From a virus (Duplodnaviria > Heunggongvirae > Uroviricota > Caudoviricetes): 22,748 nucleotides of DNA. Under the pieces are notes generated by a model. The model had not been told where the DNA came from. It was given only the letters and a program-made list of their open reading frames with translations, and did not search any database. The stretch is from IMG/VR virus record IMGVR_UViG_2671180674_000012, positions 1 to 22,748 of that record. One strand, written 5' to 3'. Shown here piece by piece: positions 8,313 to 16,559 of this stretch (its first letter is position 1; each line of letters opens with the position of its first letter). Position numbers and translations under genes: made by a program.

Positions 8313-9422
8313 ATGCGTGATTACGCAAAAGTTTCTCCGCGATTCTGGCTGGGAGAAACGGGGAGAGAACTTAGAAAGGCGGGTGCAGAAGCGCAAGTTG
8401 TTGCTTTTTACCTGATGACATCCCCTCACGCAAATATGCTGGGTTTGTATTACCTGCCAGTTTTATACCTTGCTCATGAAACCGGGCTTGGTCTGGAAGG
8501 GGCTTCAAAGGGGCTTAAAAGGGCTGTTGAAGCTGGTTTTTGTAGCTATGACCATGATGCCGAGATGGTCTGGGTCCATGAAATGGCAGCCTGGCAGGTT
8601 GGGGAAACGTTGAAGCCAGGCGATAACCGTTGTGCAGGTGTCAGGAATGAGTATGCATCATTACCTGAAAACGCTTTTCTGTCAGCGTTTTACGACAGAT
8701 ATAAAACGGATTTCCATCTTGATGTGAGGCGGAATAATAGCCGAAATTCGGTAAGGGGCTTTGAAGGGGCTTTTAAGGGGCTTCGAAGCCAAGAACAGGA
8801 GCAGGAGAAAGAACAGGAACAGGACAAAAACACTATGGTTCATGGCGAAAAAAACACCATGAACCAGGCAGGGGATGTTCAGACCGTAAATTCTGGTCAG
8901 CCAGCAGGCACGACACCGGAAGCCGATTCGGCGTATGCGCTGAAAGCCGATTCGGGCGCTGTGCAGCAGGTGATGACCGCAGGGTCGGAGCAATCACACC
9001 AACTGCAGCAGCCTGAAGCCGATTCCGCCATTCAGCGGGAAGCCGATCGGGTAGTCCCGGAAAACGCCGGGCGGCCTGTGGGACGAGTGGATTATCCGGA
9101 TGTGTTCGAACAGGTCTGGCGGGAATACCCGTTGCGTGCCGGGGCAAACCCGAAGAAATCCGCATTCAGTGCCTGGAAGGCCAGATTGCGCGAGGGGGTG
9201 CCACCAGAGACCATGCTGGATGGTGTGAGGCGTTACGCGAGATACCTGGCGGCGACCGGGAAAGCGGGAACGGAATTTGTTCAGCGAGCGACGACGTTTT
9301 TTGGACCGGACCGGAATTTTGAGAACCCCTGGTTGCTCCCGGTAAGCGGCACGAACAACCAGCGTTGCGTGAATCACATTTCTGAACCGGACACCGAAAT
9401 TCCGCCGGGATTCAGTGGGTAA
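8313..9422 (+). CDS. Putative replication initiator (YdaU/O-like) with internal iterons
   Basis: ATG 8313 with GAGGT RBS (the ORF-track start at 8202 lacks one). Immediately precedes the DnaC-like loader; contains two DNA iteron clusters. Confidence 0.6.
   Translation: MRDYAKVSPRFWLGETGRELRKAGAEAQVVAFYLMTSPHANMLGLYYLPVLYLAHETGLGLEGASKGLKRAVEAGFCSYDHDAEMVWVHEMAAWQVGETLKPGDNRCAGVRNEYASLPENAFLSAFYDRYKTDFHLDVRRNNSRNSVRGFEGAFKGLRSQEQEQEKEQEQDKNTMVHGEKNTMNQAGDVQTVNSGQPAGTTPEADSAYALKADSGAVQQVMTAGSEQSHQLQQPEADSAIQREADRVVPENAGRPVGRVDYPDVFEQVWREYPLRAGANPKKSAFSAWKARLREGVPPETMLDGVRRYARYLAATGKAGTEFVQRATTFFGPDRNFENPWLLPVSGTNNQRCVNHISEPDTEIPPGFSG
8496..8785. repeat. Putative replication origin: two clusters of three AAGGGGCTT iterons at 11-bp period
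   Basis: Cores at 8498-8505, 8509-8516, 8520-8525 and at 8753-8761, 8764-8772, 8775-8783. The 11-bp spacing is not a codon multiple, so this is a DNA-level repeat. Purine-rich tract follows the second cluster. Confidence 0.5.
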
Positions 9423-9428
9423 CGGGTT

Positions 9429-10157
9429 ATGAAAAATATTGCGGCAGGTGGTGTTCTTGAGCGTATCCGTAAGCTGGCCCCGCAGCATGTAACCGCGCCG
9501 TACCGGACAGTGGACGAGTGGCGAGAGTGGCAGCTTGCAGAAGGGCGAAAGCGTAGTGAGGAAATTAACCGCCAGAATCGCCAGATCCGGGTGGAGAAAA
9601 TTATGAAGCGTTCCGGTATCCAACTGTTGCACCAGAAGTGTTCGTTTGCGAATTACCAGGTGAAGAACGATGGCCAACGCCACGCGCTGAGCCAGGCAAA
9701 ATCCATCGCGGAAGAAATGATGACCGGATGCACAAATTTCGTGTTCAGCGGTAAGCCGGGTACCGGAAAGAATCATCTGGCAGCAGCCATTGGCAACCAT
9801 CTTCTGGCGAAAGGTCGCAGCGTGATTGTGGTGACGGTGGCGGATGTGATGCTGGCGTTACACGGCAACTACGACAACAAAAACTCGGGCGAAAAATTTT
9901 TGCAGGGGTTGTGTGAAGTTGACCTGCTTGTCCTGGATGAAATTGGTATGCAGCGGGATACGCGTAACGAACAGGTCACACTGAACCAGATAGTCGATCG
10001 CAGAACAGCCTCGATGCACAGCGTCGGGATGCTGACGAACCTGAACCATACGGCAATGAATACGCTGCTTGGCGAGCGCGTGATGGATCGCATGACCATG
10101 AACGGTGGTCGCTGGGTGAATTTTAACTGGGAGAGCTGGCGTTCAAATGTTGGTTAG
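9429..10157 (+). CDS. DnaC-like helicase loader (AAA+ ATPase)
   Basis: Walker A FSGKPGTGKNHLAAAIG and Walker B LLVLDEIG; position after the initiator as in lambdoid replication modules (Rac ydaV-like). Confidence 0.8.
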   Translation: MKNIAAGGVLERIRKLAPQHVTAPYRTVDEWREWQLAEGRKRSEEINRQNRQIRVEKIMKRSGIQLLHQKCSFANYQVKNDGQRHALSQAKSIAEEMMTGCTNFVFSGKPGTGKNHLAAAIGNHLLAKGRSVIVVTVADVMLALHGNYDNKNSGEKFLQGLCEVDLLVLDEIGMQRDTRNEQVTLNQIVDRRTASMHSVGMLTNLNHTAMNTLLGERVMDRMTMNGGRWVNFNWESWRSNVG

Positions 10158-10196
10158 CCAGGAATTGAGAAATAATTTTACCGGGAGGAAATTTTA

Positions 10197-10952
10197 ATGG
10201 AGACCGTTTTTGATGCACTGAAAGCAATGGGAAAAGCCACGTCGGTGGAACTGGTCGCACGACTTGAAATCAGTCGTGAAGAAGTGCTGAACGAGCTGTG
10301 GGAACTAAAAAGAAATGGCGTCGTTGATAAAACTGGCCACACCTGGTTTCTGGCTGGCGAAGGTGAATCCGGGGTAACCGAAGAGCAGCCAGCACAATCT
10401 GAAGCACCGGATGTGCTAACCGGGGTGGTCGAACAAAAAGTTACCGCTGACATGATGATTGAGTTTATCGGCCAGGAGGGGGCTAAAACGTGTGAGGAAC
10501 TGGCGGGTAAGTTCGGTGTCAGCATTCGCAAGGTTGCTTCCACGCTGGCGGTAGTAACCTCAACAGGGCGGCTGGCACGCGTTAATCAGAACGGTAAATT
10601 TCGTTACTGCATGCCGGGCGAGAATTTACCAGCAGAACCGAAAGCTGCATCGGTAGCGGAAACTGATGGTAAAGCCTTTCCTCAGCCAGCGGGTGTTGTG
10701 TTACCAGCACAGGAGGCTGCAACACAGGAAGATATTAAAACAGAAACTGTAGCGGACATTGTGCAGTCGCTGCCATCGTTTACTGCAACGCGAGCTGATG
10801 ATTTGATTTTGCCATCGCTGCATACGGCAAACCGCGAACTGCGTCGGGCGAAAAGTCATGTCCGGAAGTGGGAGCGAGTCTGCGCGGCGCTGCGGGAACT
10901 GTACAGGCACAAGGATATTGTCAGACAGATTATCGCCACCGGAGAACGGTAG
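10197..10952 (+). CDS. Hypothetical protein, possible N-terminal winged-helix domain
   Basis: ATG with GGGAGG RBS at 8-nt spacing; N-terminus [26 protein letters not shown] looks wHTH-like. Confidence 0.5.
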   Translation: METVFDALKAMGKATSVELVARLEISREEVLNELWELKRNGVVDKTGHTWFLAGEGESGVTEEQPAQSEAPDVLTGVVEQKVTADMMIEFIGQEGAKTCEELAGKFGVSIRKVASTLAVVTSTGRLARVNQNGKFRYCMPGENLPAEPKAASVAETDGKAFPQPAGVVLPAQEAATQEDIKTETVADIVQSLPSFTATRADDLILPSLHTANRELRRAKSHVRKWERVCAALRELYRHKDIVRQIIATGER

Positions 10953-10954
10953 CG

Positions 10955-11272
10955 GTGAGTGGCTGGAAGAAGTGGTGCAGGGCTGAAATCATGGTGCTCC
11001 GGCAGTGTGCGGGAACGATGACAGTCGACAGCATCGGCAGTCTGATTGGTCGTAGTGAGCCGGCGGTCAGGGCGAAAGCACGGGAACTGGGTATCGGCAT
11101 GATGTTGCGTGGTGATTATCACCAGTCAACAAAATATCCGCAGAGCGATATTGAGCTGGTACGACAGTTGCATCAGCGTGGCGTGTCCAGGAGAGAAATT
11201 GCCAGAAAATTCGGAATGCCGTTGCGCACAGTGAATAACTACGTTTATTTCAACAGGAGGGTTCTGGAGTGA
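10955..11272 (+). CDS. Hypothetical protein with two HTH-like segments
   Basis: GTG start 3 nt after the upstream stop with GGAG upstream; segments GRSEPAVRAKARELGIG and GVSRREIARKFGMPLRTVNNYV. Confidence 0.45.
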   Translation: MSGWKKWCRAEIMVLRQCAGTMTVDSIGSLIGRSEPAVRAKARELGIGMMLRGDYHQSTKYPQSDIELVRQLHQRGVSRREIARKFGMPLRTVNNYVYFNRRVLE

Positions 11273-11559
11273 GGGTTTATATCGCCGGTCCAATGACGGG
11301 CTATGAAAATTTCAACCGTGAGGCGTTCCACAAGGCGGAAGAGGAACTGAAACGGGATGGGCACACAGTCTTAAATCCGGCAGTACTTCCGGACGGACTG
11401 ACGCAGCCGCACTACATGGATATTTGCATGGCAATGATTCGCTGCGTGGATGCGATCTACATGCTGAATGGCTGGCAGCGGTCGGCAGGTGCCAGGGCAG
11501 AACTGGCACTGGCGGAGAAGCTGGGGCATGCGGTTATTTTACAGAAGGCGATGCAGTGA
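11269..11559 (+). CDS. DUF4406-like protein (nucleoside 2-deoxyribosyltransferase-like fold)
   Basis: GTG start overlapping the upstream stop (GTGA); MRVYIAGPMTGYENFNREAF matches the N-terminal motif of this family as I recall it. Confidence 0.5.
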   Translation: MRVYIAGPMTGYENFNREAFHKAEEELKRDGHTVLNPAVLPDGLTQPHYMDICMAMIRCVDAIYMLNGWQRSAGARAELALAEKLGHAVILQKAMQ

Positions 11560-11561
11560 AT

Positions 11562-11738
11562 ATGTTCTGGATAATCAAAATTGAGCTGTTTGTTATTGTT
11601 TTCCTGATCAGTGCATTTCTGGCAGCGGCTTTTATTATCTGGGAAAATCCTTTTCGACATATCAGTCCACTGTTTGCAATCAGGGTGTTAATAGCATCGG
11701 TTGTAGAGGTGTGGTTAATTTGTTTTGCATTATTTTAA
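11562..11738 (+). CDS. Small predicted membrane protein (58 aa)
   Basis: ATG 3 nt after the upstream stop; hydrophobic product MFWIIKIELFVIVFLISAFLAAAFIIW; weak RBS. Confidence 0.3.
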   Translation: MFWIIKIELFVIVFLISAFLAAAFIIWENPFRHISPLFAIRVLIASVVEVWLICFALF

Positions 11739-11751
11739 TGGAGTTAATGTT

Positions 11752-12063
11752 ATGAACGAAATCAAAGAAATGCCGGTAGAACGTGATGCATATGGCTGCT
11801 GGACACATCCTGAATATGAAAAATTTTGTGATGGCCGGGAGTATATTTCGACGGAAGAATTTAATGCCTGGATGAAGGCAAATAATCTTCAGTGGACCAT
11901 TCGCGCAATGGATGAAGATGATTTTAATCCGGATGCGGATGGTCCTGATATTACCGCATGGGAGCCGGAACGACCAGAGGGTGAGGGGTGGTTTATTGGC
12001 TCCATTCATGACACGGAAGACGGCCCGGTTTGTGTATGGATGAGAAATAAGGTTCAGGCATAA
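11752..12063 (+). CDS. Hypothetical protein (103 aa)
   Basis: ATG with GGAG RBS at 10 nt; acidic product; no family recognised. Confidence 0.5.
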   Translation: MNEIKEMPVERDAYGCWTHPEYEKFCDGREYISTEEFNAWMKANNLQWTIRAMDEDDFNPDADGPDITAWEPERPEGEGWFIGSIHDTEDGPVCVWMRNKVQA

Positions 12064-12191
12064 AGCGATAAACAAACTGACAATAAGACACTGAAATTTA
12101 AATCAGAAGTGATTTTTATTAAATCCTTAACCGGAGGGATTTCTGCACCCTCAAAACATCAGGAGGCCGCCCGAAAGGGCGGTAATAAATA

Positions 12192-12782
12192 ATGCAAGAC
12201 ATCAAAGAAAATATCAGACAACAGCTTTACGGGTTTTATATTGCTTATGATTTGTGGCTGAGTAATGGGGCGAAACCAGGTGGGGTGTTTTCTCGAAATT
12301 ATGGTTTATGCGCCAATCTTTTCGATTATCTCACATCAATCGGTGCCTCCAGCGAAGCGGCACTGGAACAATTACACGCTGATTTCAGAAGTGCCGGGCT
12401 GAATGAGGTGTTGCCATTTAACGAGAGTAATGGGCATTACCATGAAGAAAAAAGGAACAACATGTGCCATGTGAATCCGGCGCGGGTGGCGTGGGTCAGG
12501 GCGCAGATTGCACTGGTATCACTGGAAGCAGAGCCGATAGCAGTAAGCGACGACATGGCTTACGCATTCCATCATGCACTGTCAGATTCATCGTCAGGTG
12601 CTGATGAGGTAGAGGAAATTAAGGCCGGGTTGCGTGCAGCCTTTGCCAATGTCACCGTCCAGCCGGTACTGATAGTGCCGGATGAAATGGATTTGCTTAC
12701 CTGCCATCTCGACGGTGTAACTGAAACATATGCTGATGGCTGGAACGCCTGTCGCGCCGCCATGCTTAAGGGAGATAAATAA
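12192..12782 (+). CDS. Hypothetical protein (196 aa)
   Basis: ORF preceded by an AGGAGG element and a GAAA-tetraloop hairpin; no family recognised. Confidence 0.55.
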   Translation: MQDIKENIRQQLYGFYIAYDLWLSNGAKPGGVFSRNYGLCANLFDYLTSIGASSEAALEQLHADFRSAGLNEVLPFNESNGHYHEEKRNNMCHVNPARVAWVRAQIALVSLEAEPIAVSDDMAYAFHHALSDSSSGADEVEEIKAGLRAAFANVTVQPVLIVPDEMDLLTCHLDGVTETYADGWNACRAAMLKGDK

Positions 12783-13366
12783 TGATTAATCGAACCAAAC
12801 TGGAGCACATTCTCGAATATGCCAGGCTGCAGAAATGTATTGGGCAACTTTGTAAAATTCCACCAGGAGATATGGTTGAAATCGTGGAAATGGCCATGCG
12901 TAAGGCTGGCAACTCTCCGGTAACTCCGGCTCGCCTGCCTGGTGGTTTCACCATTGAGGATGCGAAGGAGTTACATGAAGACTTGGTACGCAGCCACATA
13001 AGCCAGGCTTTAAGTTGTGAGAGGATGAAAAAGAACGATCGCGATGCTGATTTGCGCTGGATTCATGGCGTTATAGTTCAGGCCGCGTGGTTTGTAAAAG
13101 CGTCACTGGAGCAGAATGCGCTAACGGGCAACTCTCCGGTAACTCCGGCTGGCTGGATAAGCTGTAGTGAGCGAATGCCGGAAAAGAATCAGAACGTACT
13201 TATTTCGGTGAATTTTGATAGCTCTCTGGTTGAACCGCTAATATGCTCCGCACGCTATACCGGAAGCACATTCCGGCGCGGAGATGCAACGATTAAGCCG
13301 GGTAATGGTATTGAGTCGGCAACTCACTGGATGAAATTACCGGAACCGCCGCAGGAGGTGAACTGA
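12782..13366 (+). CDS. DUF551-like prophage protein with an internal duplicated GNSPVTPA segment
   Basis: GGGAG RBS; start overlaps the upstream stop (TAATG). C-terminal WISCSERMPE...VLISV...ATHWMKLPEPP resembles DUF551; contains the 24-bp exact direct repeat. Confidence 0.55.
   Translation: MINRTKLEHILEYARLQKCIGQLCKIPPGDMVEIVEMAMRKAGNSPVTPARLPGGFTIEDAKELHEDLVRSHISQALSCERMKKNDRDADLRWIHGVIVQAAWFVKASLEQNALTGNSPVTPAGWISCSERMPEKNQNVLISVNFDSSLVEPLICSARYTGSTFRRGDATIKPGNGIESATHWMKLPEPPQEVN
12908..13151 (+). repeat. 24-bp exact direct repeat (GGCAACTCTCCGGTAACTCCGGCT) at 12908-12931 and 13128-13151
   Basis: Read directly from the sequence; both copies lie inside the DUF551-like CDS and encode GNSPVTPA. 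Confidence 0.8.
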
Positions 13367-13758
13367 TGAATGAAGGCGACAATGTTATCACCCTGGTGCA
13401 GCCAAAATCAGAAGAGGAAGAACTTCTCAACGTTGTGATAACCGACGAAAAAAGCGTCGAGCAAAAATGCTGTCAGCATTTCCGTACAACAATTTCAGAA
13501 GTGAATCGTACGATTACCTGCAAACGGTGTGGATTGGCTTTAGATCCGTTTGAACTTGTTCTCGACCGTGCGAGAAACGGTGAAAACATCGTGTCAGAGA
13601 TTAAATCACTCTATACAAAGCGGGATGCTCTTCGTGAAGCTGTGGCAAAACTTGAACGTGAAGAGAAAAACGCCAAAGCGCGGTTACGAGCAGTCAGGAC
13701 AGCAATACTGTATGCGGAAAATGACCTTAAAAATATTGAGCAGGAGGTGAATCGATGA
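13366..13758 (+). CDS. Hypothetical protein with zinc-ribbon-like motif (130 aa)
   Basis: GGAGG RBS; start overlaps the upstream stop; CCQH...CKRCG motif and a coiled-coil-like C-terminus. Confidence 0.5.
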   Translation: MNEGDNVITLVQPKSEEEELLNVVITDEKSVEQKCCQHFRTTISEVNRTITCKRCGLALDPFELVLDRARNGENIVSEIKSLYTKRDALREAVAKLEREEKNAKARLRAVRTAILYAENDLKNIEQEVNR

Positions 13759-13832
13759 CCGAAGCATTCACAACGGCAGGAATTGCGATGGCGGTGGCGC
13801 TGGTGGTGTATTCGATTTGCCGCTGGGGATAA
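13755..13832 (+). CDS. 25-aa hydrophobic peptide (MTEAFTTAGIAMAVALVVYSICRWG), translationally coupled
   Basis: ATGA overlap with the upstream stop; strong GGAGG SD 8 nt upstream; followed directly by a terminator. Absent from the ORF track because it is under 60 aa. Confidence 0.35.
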   Translation: MTEAFTTAGIAMAVALVVYSICRWG

Positions 13833-13842
13833 CAAACAAAAA

Positions 13843-13868
13843 CCCCGGATTGACGGTCCGGGGTTTTT
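13843..13868 (+). terminator. Rho-independent terminator ending the early plus-strand gene run
   Basis: Stem CCCCGGA/TCCGGGG with 7-nt loop, then TTTTT. Confidence 0.5.
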
Positions 13869-14206
13869 GAAGGAAACAAACAGAAACAACAATTGCCGTT
13901 ATCTGTTGCCACCAATGACAAGTAAACGTATCTCAGGCGAGCGCATTGCGCCGTTCTGACGCGGATACATTAGCCTGGGCAGAAGGTTCTGGCAATAAAA
14001 AATAGCGTTTTCTTATCGGTGTCGGTAAGATTGTTGCGGGTGCTTGAGGCTGTCTGCCTCGGGCATGCCACTGTAAGGCAGACAGAGAAAAGCCCCAGTT
14101 AACATCACGCGTCCTGCAAGACGCTTAACATTAATCTGAGGCTCAATCCATGCTGAACACATGTAGGTTAGCCTCTTACGTGCCGAAAGGCAAGGAGAAG
14201 CAGGCT

Positions 14207-14362
14207 ATGAAGCAGCAAAAGGCGATGTTAATCGCCCTGATCGTCATCTGTTTAACCGTCATAGTGACGGCACTGGTAACGAGGAAAGACCTCTGCGAGG
14301 TACGAATCCGAACCGGCCAGACGGAGGTCGCTGTCTTCACAGCTTACGAATCTGAGGAGTAA
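14207..14362 (+). CDS. hok: Hok/Gef-family type I toxin (HokD/RelF-like membrane peptide)
   Basis: Product MKQQKAMLIALIVICLTVIVTALVTRKDLCEVRIRTGQTEVAVFTAYESEE is near-identical to Hok/Gef peptides as I recall them; AAGGAG RBS; structured leader and own terminator. Confidence 0.8.
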   Translation: MKQQKAMLIALIVICLTVIVTALVTRKDLCEVRIRTGQTEVAVFTAYESEE

Positions 14363-14432
14363 GAGACCTGGCGGGGGAGAAATCCCTCGCCACCTCTGAT
14401 GTGTCAGGCATCCTCAACGCACCCGCACTTAA

Positions 14433-14452
14433 CCCGCTTCGGCGGGTTTTTT
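14433..14452 (+). terminator. Rho-independent terminator after hok
   Basis: CCCGC-TTCG-GCGGG followed by TTTTTT. Confidence 0.55.
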
Positions 14453-14587
14453 GTTACGATTATTTTTAATCAAACAGGCTTTTTGTGTTTTTGTGATTTG
14501 TTGTTCTTGAGGCTAATTACGGGGGAAATAGAATCTCATTACTTGATTGGCGCGCAGGGAGAAGAAGGATGGTCCCCTTAAGGGGAG

Positions 14588-14782
14588 GTGTTTAAAGTTC
14601 ACGGGATTTTGGTTATGAACGATAAGGAATTAATTGCTGCGCTTTCTATACCAGGTAATTATGAAGTAATAGTTCTTGAGAATGGTGAGTTTATCGTAAT
14701 GCCATTGCCATCCGATGTTATTCTGATCACCAAAGAATCACATGCGGATTCGGTCAGTCACTTCAGCATTAAGAAAGACTAG
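14588..14782 (+). CDS. Small hypothetical protein; start uncertain (GTG 14588 or ATG 14615)
   Basis: ORF of 64 codons; the SD-like AGGGGAGG lies at a poor distance from either candidate start. Confidence 0.3.
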   Translation: MFKVHGILVMNDKELIAALSIPGNYEVIVLENGEFIVMPLPSDVILITKESHADSVSHFSIKKD

Positions 14783-14848
14783 ATTATAATGTTGTAGTTA
14801 AAGCCAGCCTGAACAACTGGCGTCTGTCGCACCATTACGAGGATAGTA

Positions 14849-15121
14849 GTGGTGCATTACAAGAAAATTAACAATTCTGATGCCGCCCCTGCCAGCAGAT
14901 ACGGGCGGCGTTCTCACACATTCAAATATGACTGGTATCAGCATGCCCCCTGCACTGAAGAACAGGCCGAATGGCTGATACAGAACTACCGCAGACGTGG
15001 GTATGAGTTTAGGAAAGCCCTCAGCCTCGATTATCGTCACTGGATAATCTCCGTCAGGCTTCCTTACTCCGAACGCCCACCGCGTCCGTCCCGCACATAC
15101 CAGCAACGCATCTGGAGATAA
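14849..15121 (+). CDS. Hypothetical protein (90 aa)
   Basis: GTG start with GAGGA upstream; its stop is 1 nt before the DUF968 gene start. Confidence 0.45.
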   Translation: MVHYKKINNSDAAPASRYGRRSHTFKYDWYQHAPCTEEQAEWLIQNYRRRGYEFRKALSLDYRHWIISVRLPYSERPPRPSRTYQQRIWR

Positions 15122-15122
15122 C

Positions 15123-16172
15123 GTGCGGGTATTACTTCGACCTGTTCTGGTACCGGAACTTGGGCTGGTTATCGTTAAGCCAGGCCGTGAATCCATGCAG
15201 GTATTCCATAACGGCAGGGTGCTGGTGGAGCCGGAACCGAAAAACATGCGCGGTCTGCCGTCCGGAGTCGTTCCTGCCGTTCGCCAGCCGCTGGCGGAAG
15301 ATAAAACATTGCTGCCGTTTTTCAGCGATGAGCGTGTGATTCGTGCTGCTGGCGGCGCTGGCGCACTGTCTGACTGGCTCCTGCGTCATGTTAAATCCTG
15401 CCAGTGGCCTCATGGAGACTATCACCACAGTGAAACCGTCATACATCGTTACGGTACCGGCGCAATGGTGTTGTGCTGGCACTGCGACAACCAGCTGCGC
15501 GACCAGACATCCGAATCACTCGGGCAGCTTGCTCAACAAAATCTGACCGCCTGGATGATTGACGTCATACGTCACGCAATAAGTGGTGCACAGGAACGGG
15601 AATTATCGCTGGCTGAATTATCCTGGTGGGCGCTCTGCAATCAGGTAGCGGACGCACTACCGGAGGCAGTATTACGTCGTTCTCTGGGGTTACGCGCGGA
15701 AAAAATCCACTCAGTATACCGCGAGAGTAACATCATACCGGGAGAACAGACAGCCACCAGCATACTGAAGCAGCGCACAAAAAATTTTGCGCCGTTGCCT
15801 CACGCCCACCAGCAACAGAACCCACCACAGGAAAAGACGGTTGTAAGTATCACAGTTGATCCGGAGTCACCGGAATCATTCATGAAGCGGCCTAAACGTC
15901 GCCGCTGGGTGAATGAGAAATACACGCGCTGGGTAAAGACACAGCCGTGTACGTGTTGTGGTAAGCCAGCAGACGATCCCCATCACCTGATTGGTCACGG
16001 TCAGGGCGGAATGGGGACAAAAGCCCACGATATTTTTACGTTGCCGCTGTGCCGGGAACATCACAACGAACTTCATGCAGATCCGCAGGCGTTCGAAGAA
16101 AAGCATGGTTCTCAGGTTGATTTAATTTTTCGTTTTCTTGATCACGCCTTTGCAACTGGCGTACTCGGATAA
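15123..16172 (+). CDS. DUF968-family prophage protein with C-terminal HNH-like zinc-binding motif
   Basis: C-terminal CTCCGKPADDPHHLIGHGQGGMGTKAHDIFTLPLCREHHNELH; sits upstream of rusA and Q as ydfU does in Qin-like prophages. Confidence 0.6.
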   Translation: MRVLLRPVLVPELGLVIVKPGRESMQVFHNGRVLVEPEPKNMRGLPSGVVPAVRQPLAEDKTLLPFFSDERVIRAAGGAGALSDWLLRHVKSCQWPHGDYHHSETVIHRYGTGAMVLCWHCDNQLRDQTSESLGQLAQQNLTAWMIDVIRHAISGAQERELSLAELSWWALCNQVADALPEAVLRRSLGLRAEKIHSVYRESNIIPGEQTATSILKQRTKNFAPLPHAHQQQNPPQEKTVVSITVDPESPESFMKRPKRRRWVNEKYTRWVKTQPCTCCGKPADDPHHLIGHGQGGMGTKAHDIFTLPLCREHHNELHADPQAFEEKHGSQVDLIFRFLDHAFATGVLG

Positions 16173-16184
16173 AAGAGGTTACTG

Positions 16185-16559
16185 ATGGGGATAGAATTTG
16201 TTTTGCCTTACCCGCCGACGGTAAACACCTACTGGCGACGCCGTGGCAGCACATATTTTATATCGGAAGCCGGTAAGCGTTATCGCCGTGATGTGGCACT
16301 TATAGTTCGCCAGCAGAGGCTGAAATTAAACCTGTCCGGAAGGCTGGCGATAACGGTTATTGCCGAGCCTCCGGATAAGCGCCGTCGTGATCTGGACAAT
16401 ATCCTGAAAGCGCCACTGGATGCACTGACACATGCGGGGTTGCTCATAGACGATGAGCAGTTTGATGAAATCAATATTGTGCGCGGTCAGCTCGTTCCTG
16501 GTGGGCGGCTGGGCGTGAAGATTTACGAAATAATGCATGACGGGCAGGTCCAAAAATGA
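16185..16559 (+). CDS. rusA: RusA-family Holliday junction resolvase
   Basis: LPYPPTVNTYWRRRG...PPDKRRRDLDNILKAPLDALTHAGLLIDDEQ matches the RusA signature; AGAGG RBS. Confidence 0.85.
   Translation: MGIEFVLPYPPTVNTYWRRRGSTYFISEAGKRYRRDVALIVRQQRLKLNLSGRLAITVIAEPPDKRRRDLDNILKAPLDALTHAGLLIDDEQFDEINIVRGQLVPGGRLGVKIYEIMHDGQVQK

Noticed and set aside
8994-9800. 268-aa minus-strand ORF across the initiator/DnaC-like junction
   Set aside because: Antisense to two well-supported replication genes; Arg/Pro-rich junk-like composition; no RBS.
14798-15247. 149-aa minus-strand ORF overlapping the 90-aa gene and the DUF968 gene start
   Set aside because: Antisense to coupled plus-strand genes; no RBS; low-complexity Ser/Thr/Gly-rich product.
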